Shown here in pieces: positions 9,221-17,645 of a DNA stretch of 52,200 nucleotides (position 1 is the stretch's first letter; each line of letters opens with the position of its first letter). This stretch comes from Chloroflexota bacterium. Its GTDB lineage: Bacteria; Chloroflexota; Dormibacteria; CF-121. The stretch lies in assembly GCA_005882045.1 (NCBI GenBank), contig VBHO01000026.1:16885-69084 (forward strand), written 5' to 3'. The notes beneath the pieces were generated by a model. The model worked only from the letters and a program-made list of their open reading frames with translations, ran no database searches and was not told where the DNA came from. Both the position numbers and the translations under genes were made by a program.

Positions 9221-9771
9221 GTTGGGTTCTCCTTGCTGGGATCAAATTCGAGTCGAAGACGCCCGACAGCTCGGTAAAGGCGGGCCCGCGCCGCCCCGGT
9301 CGAGATGCCGGCGACCGCCGCAACTTCCTCGAGCGGCAAATCAAGCCAGTAGAAGAGGTAAAGGAGCAGGCGGTCCGACCGCGACAGACCGGCAACTGTC
9401 TGCCGCAGATCGGAGGCGGTGATCGCCGACTCGTCGCTCCCCTGCGGTGGTCGGACCTGATCGAATCGGAGGACCGACCACCACCGCCCCCGCTGAAGAG
9501 AGCGACACTCGTTCGCGACGATCGTCAGGTACCACGCCCGAAACCCACCGCGCTCGTTCCGGAAGCTCGCGAACTTGTTCCACGCCTTAAAGGTCGCCTC
9601 CTGGACTGCGTCCTCGGCTGCCATCTTCTGGCGGAGCATGGCGAAGGCGAGCCGGTAGGCCGGCTCAACCAGGGGCGTGATCAGCGAATCAAAGCCGGTG
9701 CGATCCGCCGCTTCGCGCGCGTGGCTCAGCTTGTCGCCGGGTATCTCGGCGGCGACCTCGTTGCGGACGAT
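9217..9771 (-). CDS. ECF-family RNA polymerase sigma factor (probable ATC start)
   Basis: AEDAVQEATFKAW..FRAWYLTIVANEC (region 2) and DLPLEEVAAVAGISTGAARARLYRA (region 4). The frame is open upstream of ATG 9639 (FDSLITPLVEPAYRLAFA) up to ATC 9771, 7 nt after AAGGAG. Confidence 0.88.
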   Translation of the reverse strand: MVRNEVAAEIPGDKLSHAREAADRTGFDSLITPLVEPAYRLAFAMLRQKMAAEDAVQEATFKAWNKFASFRNERGGFRAWYLTIVANECRSLQRGRWWSVLRFDQVRPPQGSDESAITASDLRQTVAGLSRSDRLLLYLFYWLDLPLEEVAAVAGISTGAARARLYRAVGRLRLEFDPSKENPT

Positions 9772-9817
9772 ATGCGGTCTCCTTTTCTGCCAGGCAGCGC
9801 GGTGGTGCTAACTGTAT

Positions 9818-9844
9818 GACGCGCCAGCCGTGAGCCGAGTTACA
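9818..9844 (-). promoter_or_regulatory. ECF-type promoter upstream of the sigma gene (probable autoregulation)
   Basis: Minus strand TGTAAC-N17-CGTC, matching the general AAC / CGT ECF promoter pattern. Confidence 0.55.
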
Positions 9845-9867
9845 TCGCGGCCGCCGGCGCCGAGCGA

Positions 9868-10362
9868 TCAGATTCCGGTGTCCACCGGTTCGCTCGGGAT
9901 ATTGCCTGCGACGAGATCAGCCAGGAAGTGGCCGAGCCGGTGAGGCGCGAACTCATCGTCTGATGTTTGGACTTCGCTGGCCGTCCACCAGCGGTGCTCG
10001 CCCATGAAGTTGCGTTCGAAATCATCCCAACCGCTGACATCGACATCGTGCTGCTCGACGCGAACGAGATAGAAACGCTCCCGTTGACGCGTGGCCTCGC
10101 CCGAGTGAGGCATCGGAAATACGTGTTCTCGTACCCAGATCAGGGGACCGATGTCAGCCGCGACGAGGCCACATTCTTCGGCTAGTTCTCGCCTCAGCGC
10201 GTCGGTCGCGGATTCGCCGACCGCCACGCCACCGCCTGGAGTGATCCAGAAGTGCCGCGCCCGGGTGTTGTCTTGGAACGCCTTGAAGAGCAGGACGCGG
10301 TTGTCGCGATCGAGGACCACCGCACGGACCGCCTCGCGAAGTGCCGGCTCCCGGTCCGGAAT
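9868..10362 (-). CDS. NUDIX hydrolase (start uncertain: ATT 10362 or GTG 10320)
   Basis: Nudix box GGGVAVGESATDALRRELAEECG; N-terminal strand REAVRAVVLDRDNRVLL. Confidence 0.85.
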   Translation of the reverse strand: MPDREPALREAVRAVVLDRDNRVLLFKAFQDNTRARHFWITPGGGVAVGESATDALRRELAEECGLVAADIGPLIWVREHVFPMPHSGEATRQRERFYLVRVEQHDVDVSGWDDFERNFMGEHRWWTASEVQTSDDEFAPHRLGHFLADLVAGNIPSEPVDTGI

Positions 10363-10366
10363 CGGT

Positions 10367-10612
10367 CTACTGGCCCTCGCTGACCTCGTAGATCTCGTTC
10401 GCGGGATGCCCCGCCTTCGTGTGGACGGCCGCGACCGCCTCCTTGTTCGGGCCGGTCGCAAGGCAGAAGACCTTTCCCGCCTTGGAGTCGAGCCAATAGC
10501 GTACGTACTCCACTCCGGTACCCTTCTGGGCCTCGAGATCTTTCTTATGGGCATCGGCGAGCTGCTGTGGCGTAACGTGCATTCCCTCGTGTACGTCCAT
10601 GAATGTCGGCAC
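10367..10612 (-). CDS. DUF4242 / SCO4226-family nickel-binding protein
   Basis: MPTFMDVH..AHKKDL..YVRYW..GKVFCL..GPNKEAVAAVH..AGHPANEIYEV; RBS GGAGG. Confidence 0.85.
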   Translation of the reverse strand: MPTFMDVHEGMHVTPQQLADAHKKDLEAQKGTGVEYVRYWLDSKAGKVFCLATGPNKEAVAAVHTKAGHPANEIYEVSEGQ

Positions 10613-10689
10613 CTTGCTACCTCCTGTTCCCCTTGACCGTTGTCGGTGGACACATGGTAGGACCTCGGCGACCTAAGCTGCTGAACTGA

Positions 10690-12348
10690 GTGAATGACGA
10701 CGCCGAGGTAATCGTTGTTGGGGGAGGCCTTGCTGGGCTGGTTGCCACGGCAGAGCTCGCGGACGCAGGTCGCCGCGTCATCCTGCTGGAGCAGGAACCG
10801 CAACCCTGGCTGGGCGGGCAAGCGTTCTGGTCGTTTGGTGGCCTCTTCTTTATCAACTCTCCGGAGCAGCGGCGGCTTGGCCTTCGCGACTCCCACGAGC
10901 TGGCGACCAAAGATTGGATGGCCACGGCCGGCTTCGATCGAGCGGAAGACGAGTGGCCACGGAAGTGGGCCGAGTCATATCTTGCGTTTGCGGCAGGCGA
11001 GAAGCGGTCGTGGTTGCACGCCCAGGGTGTTCGATTTTTCCCCATCGTGGGTTGGGCCGAGCGACGAGCCGATCCCCTGGCCGGTCCAGGGAATTTGGTT
11101 CCACGCTTCCACGTCACCTGGGGCACCGGCCCAGGCGTGGTGGCACCGTTCGAGCGGCGCGTGCGCGACGCTGCGGCTCGAGGTCGGGTGACGCTGATGT
11201 TCCGTCATCGAGTTGATGCCCTGACCGTCCGGGGCGGCGCCGTTGACGGCGTGCACGGTGCGATCCTCGACGCGAGTTCGGTCGGGCGGGGGAGACCAAG
11301 CTCGAGGACTGCGATCGGGGAGTTCGAGCTGCACGCACCGGCCGTCATCGTGACGTCGGGAGGCATCGGCGGGAACCACGACCTGGTTCGTGCGGCCTGG
11401 CCTTCGCGCCTGGGGACTCCGCCCCGCCACATGCTGACCGGGGTGCCGGCCCACGTCGACGGCCGGATGCTCGCGATCACGGAGGCCGCAGGGGGATCGG
11501 TGATCAACCGCGATCGCATGTGGCATTACGTCGAGGGAATCCAGAACTGGAACCCAATCTGGCCGGGGCATGGCATCCGGATCCTGCCGGGACCCTCATC
11601 GATGTGGTTCGATGCCGTCGGCCATCGCCTGCCGGCACCATTGTTCCCGGGCTTCGACACATTGGGAACGCTGGCGCACCTGCGCACGACCGGCTACGAC
11701 TACTCCTGGTTCGTGCTGACGCAGCGAATTATCAAGCGCGAGTTCGCGCTCTCCGGCTCCGAGCAGAATCCCGACCTGACGAATAAGGATGTCAGGCTGC
11801 TCCTGCAACGCGTGGTCTCGAAGTCCGGACCCGCGCCGATTGAGGCGTTCAAGCAACACGGTGCCGACTTCGTGGTGGCGAACAACCTTGATGACCTCGT
11901 TCGCGGCATGAACGCCCTGACCGACGAGCCGCGCCTCGATGCCGCCAGGCTGAAGCGTGAGATCGTCACCCGCGACGACGTGATCAGCAATCCCGCGACC
12001 GAGGACGGACAGATTCGCGCGATACGAGCCGCGCGGCGCTACTTCGGTGACCGGCTGATCCGGGTCGCCCAGCCGCATCGGCTGTTGGATCCGACCGCCG
12101 GTCCTCTGATTGCGGTTCGTCTCCAGATCTTGACACGCAAGACGCTGGGCGGCCTGCACACGGATCTCTCTGGTCGGGTGCTTCGCACGGACGGGACGCC
12201 GTTGCCCGGTCTGTACGCTGCGGGCGAAGTCGCCGGGTTCGGCGGTGGTGGCATGCATGGATACCGGTCGCTGGAAGGAACGTTCCTTGGCGGTTGCCTT
12301 TTCTCTGGACGGACGGCCGGCAGGGCCCTCGCCGCCGTTGTCGCCTAG
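10690..12348 (+). CDS. FAD-binding dehydrogenase (KsdD/fumarate reductase flavoprotein-like)
   Basis: GGGLAGLVA Rossmann motif, GGQAFWSFGG, RFHVTWGTGPG, TRKTLGGL, GLYAAGEVAGFGGGGMHGYRSLEGTFLGGC. Confidence 0.9.
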   Translation: MNDDAEVIVVGGGLAGLVATAELADAGRRVILLEQEPQPWLGGQAFWSFGGLFFINSPEQRRLGLRDSHELATKDWMATAGFDRAEDEWPRKWAESYLAFAAGEKRSWLHAQGVRFFPIVGWAERRADPLAGPGNLVPRFHVTWGTGPGVVAPFERRVRDAAARGRVTLMFRHRVDALTVRGGAVDGVHGAILDASSVGRGRPSSRTAIGEFELHAPAVIVTSGGIGGNHDLVRAAWPSRLGTPPRHMLTGVPAHVDGRMLAITEAAGGSVINRDRMWHYVEGIQNWNPIWPGHGIRILPGPSSMWFDAVGHRLPAPLFPGFDTLGTLAHLRTTGYDYSWFVLTQRIIKREFALSGSEQNPDLTNKDVRLLLQRVVSKSGPAPIEAFKQHGADFVVANNLDDLVRGMNALTDEPRLDAARLKREIVTRDDVISNPATEDGQIRAIRAARRYFGDRLIRVAQPHRLLDPTAGPLIAVRLQILTRKTLGGLHTDLSGRVLRTDGTPLPGLYAAGEVAGFGGGGMHGYRSLEGTFLGGCLFSGRTAGRALAAVVA

Positions 12349-12369
12349 GGCTTTAGATAGGATTCCGCG

Positions 12370-13116
12370 GTGGCTACCACCGAGCTATCGGCATACCCCG
12401 GGGAGGGCTTCGAACCTCGGCTCATCGAGCGCTTCGTCAGCCTGCGCAACAAACGCGTCCTTGAGATTGGCTGCGGAGACGGACGGCTGACGTTTCAGTA
12501 CGCACCGCACGCATCGTCGGTCCTGGCCATCGATCCCGATCGACCCAGTATTGACGAGGCCCTCTTTCAGCAGGGTGAGGGTGGCGCGCCCAACATCGAC
12601 TTTCGACTGGGCTCGATCGAGCGCCTCACCAGACCCGGTGCCCCGTTTGATGTCGCGTTGTTTAGCTGGTCGCTTTGATGAATCGCGCTCAGGGGCATGG
12701 TCCATGCCCTCCGGCGAGCGGGTGGCTACCTCCGTCGCGGCGGCATGCTCGTCAGCATCCGACCGCACCGCACCTGGCGGCCTTCCATCGCCATCGTTGC
12801 CGGGCGGTCGCGGGTCCCCGTGGCGACGCTGCTGAACACCGCCTTTGAAGTCAACCTCGCCGCCGCGGAATCGGCTCTCGAACGTGTTGTCGACGAAGGC
12901 TCGTTTACCTTGGCTGGCGCCCAAGCTGCGCGATACCGCATCTATCTCGCCCGTCCGTCGCAGGTCCGGACCTACCTCGAATTGATCAACCCGCCTCGTC
13001 CGCGGTTTCCTCGCGGCGGCCGGGCCAGGCTGAATGCGATGTGGACCTCGGCGCCGCGAGGCGCACGCATCGAAGTGACGGAGTCGCTCATCGTGAACGG
13101 GCTCCGTCGTCCGTAA
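12370..13116 (+). CDS. Class I SAM-dependent methyltransferase, probable tandem-selenocysteine (UU) selenoprotein, 248 aa
   Basis: ORFs 12370..12678 and 12697..13116 are in the same frame, separated by TGA TGA ATC GCG CTC AGG GGC. Joined: VLEIGCGDGR..VLAIDPD..FDVALFSWSL-UU-IALRGMVHALRRAGGYLRRGGML, a complete methyltransferase fold; SECIS-like hairpin follows. Confidence 0.8.
12686..12720 (+). promoter_or_regulatory. Putative bacterial SECIS element
   Basis: Lower stem CGCTC/GAGCG, upper stem GGGCAT/ATGCCC, apical loop GGTCC, starting a few nt 3' of the TGA TGA codons. Confidence 0.7.
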
Positions 13117-13124
13117 CTGGGAAG

Positions 13125-13853
13125 ATGGCGTTGCCAATGCCGGCTGTCAAGCGGATCGATTTCGGCTATTTCGTGCGGCCCGCCGAAGAGACCGGCACCG
13201 GCAAGGCCCGCGTCGAAGGCGTACTTGGCTACGTCATCGACCACTCGGCCGGCGCGCTGCTCTTCGATACCGGCCTGGGGGAGGGGAGTGCTGAGGTCGA
13301 TGCCCATTACCGGCCCGTCCGGCGGCCGCTACCCGAGGCACTCCATGACGCCGGGATTGGCATCGGAGATATCCGTTGGGTGGCGAACTGCCATCTGCAC
13401 GTCGATCATTGCGGCGGCAACCCGGCGCTCAGTGGCCGCCCCATCTTCGTGCAATCGGGAGAACTCCTGCAGGCGCGAACGGCCACGGATTACACCCTTC
13501 CGCACCTGATTGACTTCGACGGCGCCGACTATCGCCAGCTCGCTGGCGAGACCGAGATTCTGCCAGGCGTTCTCGTGATCCCGACCCCGGGGCATACCGG
13601 CGGGCACCAGGCGATCGCGGTCCGGGGCAATGATGGGACCGTCGTCCTCGCCGGCCAGGCGCGCAACACCGCGTTCGATTACAGCGCCGACCAGCTAGCG
13701 TGGCGCGCGCGTCAGGAGGGCCGCGTCGACGATCCCGCGCTCAGCTACCGGCCGTGGATCGAGCGGCTTCAATCGCTCGATCCATCGCGGATCGTGTTTG
13801 CGCACGATTACGCCGTGTGGGAGCCGGCGCGCGATTCCTTGACGAAGCCGTAG
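13125..13853 (+). CDS. Metallo-beta-lactamase-fold hydrolase (N-acyl homoserine lactonase-like)
   Basis: LLFDTG, HLHVDHCGG, TPGHTGGHQ, FAHD motifs. Confidence 0.88.
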   Translation: MALPMPAVKRIDFGYFVRPAEETGTGKARVEGVLGYVIDHSAGALLFDTGLGEGSAEVDAHYRPVRRPLPEALHDAGIGIGDIRWVANCHLHVDHCGGNPALSGRPIFVQSGELLQARTATDYTLPHLIDFDGADYRQLAGETEILPGVLVIPTPGHTGGHQAIAVRGNDGTVVLAGQARNTAFDYSADQLAWRARQEGRVDDPALSYRPWIERLQSLDPSRIVFAHDYAVWEPARDSLTKP

Positions 13854-14173
13854 GCGGCCCTGGCAAGGGCGACCCAGGGTGCCTGACCGGGGCTGATCGA
13901 AATCCATTGCTTCATCAGCCGCCCGTGCCCGGGGTCGAAGTACGTGCCGACCCGGGCCGCGACCAGTTCGTCCACCCGCTGCCTCGGAAGCTTGACCACG
14001 AGCTTGCCCCTGACCAGCATCGCGAAGATCTTCCCGTTGACGCTGAGGACGTTGCTCGAGCTGAACATCTTCCCGCGGCTCACGGTTCGATCCTTGGCGA
14101 AAGCCGTGACGACCGGCGCGAAGCTGTCCGGGACAAGGGCGGGGTCCTTGGTCGATTTCTTTGAGGCAGTAAT
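13808..14173 (-). CDS. TfoX/Sxy N-terminal-domain family protein (probable ATT start)
   Basis: GKMFSS..LSVNGKIFAML..LVVKLP..RVDEL..FDPGHGRLMKQW. The frame is open from ATT 14173, which overlaps the upstream TAA (TAATT). Confidence 0.75.
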   Translation of the reverse strand: MTASKKSTKDPALVPDSFAPVVTAFAKDRTVSRGKMFSSSNVLSVNGKIFAMLVRGKLVVKLPRQRVDELVAARVGTYFDPGHGRLMKQWISISPGQAPWVALARAAYGFVKESRAGSHTA

Positions 14174-15591
14174 TAGAGGACCAGCGCCATCGGACTCTGT
14201 AGCAACCGCTTGACTTCCTGCAAGAATTGGGCTGCCGTCACCCCGTAGAAGACCCGGTGGTCGACTGAGAGCGTCACCCGCATCCGCTTCCCCGGCACCA
14301 CCTGACCATCCTTGACGACCGCTTTGTCCTCGATCGAGCCGATCGCCAGGATGCCCGAGTCGGGCGGATTGATGATGGCGGTGAACTGGTCGACGTCGTA
14401 CATGCCAAGGTTCGAGATGCTGAAGGTATTGCCCATGTAATCCTGCGCCGCGGCCTTGTTCGCACGGGCTCGTTCGATGAGCTGCTTGGACTCGGTGGCG
14501 ATCTCTTTGAGCGATTTCTGATCGGCGTTGCGCAGCACCGGGACGATCAGCCGATCGGGCAGGCCGACCGCGATGCCGATGTTGACGTCGCGCTTTCGCT
14601 CGATGCGACCGTCGGCCCAGGAGGCGTTGACCTCGGGGAACTTCGTCAGTGCCAGCGCGACCGCCTTGACGATCAGGTCGTTGATACTGATCGACTCAGA
14701 CTTCTCGACCGCCTCGTTGAACATCTGGCGGAGACGCACGGCATCATCCATCGCGATCTCCGACGTGACGTAGAAATGCGGCGCCGAGAACATGCTCTGG
14801 GCGAGACGCATCGCGACCGTCGACTGGAGCTTGGTGAGCTCGACGACCTCGACCTCTCCGGTGGGACGTGCGGCCGCCGGCCGCGTCTCGCGGGTGGCAG
14901 CTGCCGGGGCCGCCGCAGCCGGCCGTGCTTCGCCCTTTTGCTGGGCGGCGGCTTCGACATCTTCTTTGGTGATCCGTCCGCCCGGGCCGGTGCCCTGCAC
15001 GCGGCGCAGGTCGACCCCCTGTTCTTCGGCGAGGCGCCGAGCGACGGGGGAGACCCGCTGGCGCTCGCCGTCCGATTGCTCGGTGGGACGGCGGATGACG
15101 TTCAAGGCAGCCTGGGCTGCCGCACCGACTTCGGTTCGGTCATCCGGTCCGCCATGCGGGTATTGCTCGCCGCCGGCGTCGGCGGCCGTCTGCGCGGCTG
15201 CGGCCACGGCTCGATCCGCCTGCGCCACATGCGACGCAGGCGTGGTGGACTGGGGCTTCGGCGCTTCCGCCGTGGCCGGCTTGGCGCCTTGCTCCGGCGC
15301 GGCGGCCGGCGCCTGCCCCTGCGGCTCTGCGGGTGTCTGGGCCGACGGAGCCGAGGCACCATCGCCAATCTCGGCGATCACGGCGCCGATGGGGGCGCTC
15401 TCGCCCTCGGGCACCACGATCTTGCTCAGCTTGCCGGAGGCGTACGCCTCGACCTCGATGTTGGCCTTGTCGCTTTCGATCTCGACCAGGGGCTCGCCCT
15501 TCTTGACGTCCTCGCCCTCTTTCTTGAGCCAGCGCAGGATCTTGCCGGTCTCCATCGAGTCCGACAAGCGCGGCATTTGAACGCTGGCCAC
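14173..15591 (-). CDS. pdhC: Pyruvate dehydrogenase E2, dihydrolipoamide acetyltransferase (in frame with E1 beta in this sequence)
   Basis: Lipoyl domain (V)ASVQMPRLSDSM..ESDKAN, E3-binding domain SPVARRLAEE..GTGPGGRITKEDV, catalytic domain ending DHRVFYG. Confidence 0.9.
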   Translation of the reverse strand: MASVQMPRLSDSMETGKILRWLKKEGEDVKKGEPLVEIESDKANIEVEAYASGKLSKIVVPEGESAPIGAVIAEIGDGASAPSAQTPAEPQGQAPAAAPEQGAKPATAEAPKPQSTTPASHVAQADRAVAAAAQTAADAGGEQYPHGGPDDRTEVGAAAQAALNVIRRPTEQSDGERQRVSPVARRLAEEQGVDLRRVQGTGPGGRITKEDVEAAAQQKGEARPAAAAPAAATRETRPAAARPTGEVEVVELTKLQSTVAMRLAQSMFSAPHFYVTSEIAMDDAVRLRQMFNEAVEKSESISINDLIVKAVALALTKFPEVNASWADGRIERKRDVNIGIAVGLPDRLIVPVLRNADQKSLKEIATESKQLIERARANKAAAQDYMGNTFSISNLGMYDVDQFTAIINPPDSGILAIGSIEDKAVVKDGQVVPGKRMRVTLSVDHRVFYGVTAAQFLQEVKRLLQSPMALVL

Positions 15592-16539
15592 GATCACGTC
15601 GGCCTTGCCGGGGAAGACGATCTTCTCCAGCCGCTTGTTGTACGGTGCCGGCACTTCGGCGGCGCCGATCCGCGCCACCGGGGCATCGAGGTAATCGAAG
15701 GCCTCCTCGTAGACGCGCGAGGCGATCTCCGAGCCGACGCCGTAGGAGCGCCAGCCCTCTTCGACGGTGATCAACCGGCTGGTCTTCTTGACGGACTCGA
15801 TCACGGGGGTCATGTCGAGCGGCCGCAGCGCCCGCATGTCGACGACCTCGGCGCTGATGCCTTCCTTCTCGAGTTCGGCGGCGGCGTCCATGGCGACGAT
15901 CAGCATGCGCGAATGGGCGCAGATCGTGATGTGCTCGCCGGGGCGCTTCACCTCGTTCTTGTCCAACGGCACCAGGTGCTCCCCATCGGGAACTTCGCCT
16001 TTGACCGCGTAGGTGCCTTCGTTCTCGATGAACATCACGGGATTGTCGTCGCGGATGGCGGACTTCAGCATCCCCTTGGCGTCGGCCGGGGTCCCCGGGG
16101 CGACGACCTTCAGCCCGGGCACATGGGCGAACCAATTCTCATGGCTGTGCGAGTGCTGCGCCCCCAACTGGTGCCCGCCGCCGCCCGGGGTGCGGATCAC
16201 CAGCGGCACCTTGGTGCCGCCGCCGAACATATAGCGGATGTGCGCGGCGGCGTTGACCACCTGGTCCATCGCCACCATGATGAAGTTGACCGTCATCATC
16301 TCGGCGACTGGCCGCAGTCCCGACATCGCGGCACCGATCGCGGTGCCGATGATGATCTCTTCGGCGATCGGCGTGTCGAGTACGCGCTTCTCGCCAAATT
16401 CCTTCATCAGGCCGCGGGTGACTTTGAATGATCCGTCGTAGAGGCCGATGTCCTCCCCCAGCAGGAAGACGGCCTCGTCCCGCTTCATCTCCTCTCGGAG
16501 CGCCTGGTTGAGGGCGTCGCGCATGGCAAGGATGGCCAT
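15592..16539 (-). CDS. pdhB: Pyruvate dehydrogenase E1 beta subunit (no stop codon; runs into E2)
   Basis: ALREEM..VFLLGEDIG, RVLDTPIAE, GLRPVAE, GAQHSH, EVVDMRALRPLD, FDYLDAPV. Confidence 0.92.
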
Positions 16540-17555
16540 CAGCTCGCTACCTCGTCGGCGTAGACGTCGCGGTAGAGGTCCTTAGGATCGGGCTCCGGGC
16601 TCTCCTCGGCGAACTTCACCGCCTCCTCGACCTGGGCGGTGACCTCCTCGTCGATCTTCTGGATCTCCTGGTCGTCGAGCATCTTCTGCTTCTTCATGTA
16701 GTCGCCGAGGCTGAGGATGGCGTCGCGCGTCTGCCACTCCTTGATCTCGTCCTTGCCCCGATAGGTATCGGGGTCGGACATCGAATGGCCGCGGTACCGG
16801 TAGGTCAGGCATTCGAGCAGGCTGGGCTCGTGTTTCTCCCGGGCCTGGGCCACCAGCTGGTCGGTGATCCGGCGCACTGCCAGCACGTCCATGCCGTCGA
16901 CCCGCTCGCCGGTCATGTCGTAGGCGCAGGCCTTCTTCCAGATCTCGGTGACCGCCGAAGCGCGGCTGACCGCCGTGCCCATTCCATAGAGGTTGTTGAC
17001 ACAGACGAACACGATCGGCAGGTGCCACAGCTTGGCGACGTTGAGCGACTCGTGAAAAGCGCCGATATTGGTAGCGCCGTCCCCGAAGATGCTCATCACC
17101 ACCTCGTCCTTTTCCTCGTAGTTGATGGCGTAGGCGCTGCCGCAGGCGATTGGGAGGGCCTGGCCGACGATGGCGTAGCCGCCGTAAAAGCGATGCTCCT
17201 GGCTGAAGAGGTGCATCGACCCGCCCCGGCCACGCGAGGTGCCGGTCTCCTTGCCGAAGAGCTCGGCCATCACCGCCTTCGGATCGATCCCTTTGGCGAT
17301 AGCGTGGCCATGCTCGCGGTACGTGCTGTACACGTAGTCCGTGGGGCGGAGAGTCGAGATCGTGCCGACGATGGTCGCCTCCTCGCCGATGTTGAGGTGG
17401 CAGAAGCCGCCGATCTTGGCCGCCTGGTACATCTCGGCCGTCTTCTCCTCGAAGCGGCGGATCAGCAGCATCTCGCGATAGAGCGTCAGAAGGGTGGCTT
17501 TGTCCGTCAGCGCTTCCTTCGATGGACTGCCGGCGGGGCGCTGTTCGACCTTCAT
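16539..17555 (-). CDS. pdhA: Pyruvate dehydrogenase E1 alpha subunit
   Basis: IGGFCHL, YREHGH, GRGGSMH, TPP motif GDGA..NN, YRYRGHSMSDP. Confidence 0.95.
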   Translation of the reverse strand: MKVEQRPAGSPSKEALTDKATLLTLYREMLLIRRFEEKTAEMYQAAKIGGFCHLNIGEEATIVGTISTLRPTDYVYSTYREHGHAIAKGIDPKAVMAELFGKETGTSRGRGGSMHLFSQEHRFYGGYAIVGQALPIACGSAYAINYEEKDEVVMSIFGDGATNIGAFHESLNVAKLWHLPIVFVCVNNLYGMGTAVSRASAVTEIWKKACAYDMTGERVDGMDVLAVRRITDQLVAQAREKHEPSLLECLTYRYRGHSMSDPDTYRGKDEIKEWQTRDAILSLGDYMKKQKMLDDQEIQKIDEEVTAQVEEAVKFAEESPEPDPKDLYRDVYADEVAS

Positions 17556-17645
17556 GATGACTCCTGGAATCTCAGTGGCACGGACCGGTGCAAAATCTCT
17601 TCTATTGTATCTATAGATGATTTCTATGGGACCCCTGGCGAGCCA

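Noticed and set aside
14776-16431. 551-aa plus-strand ORF
   Set aside because: Antisense shadow of pdhB/pdhC; no motifs; long shadow ORFs are expected at this GC content.
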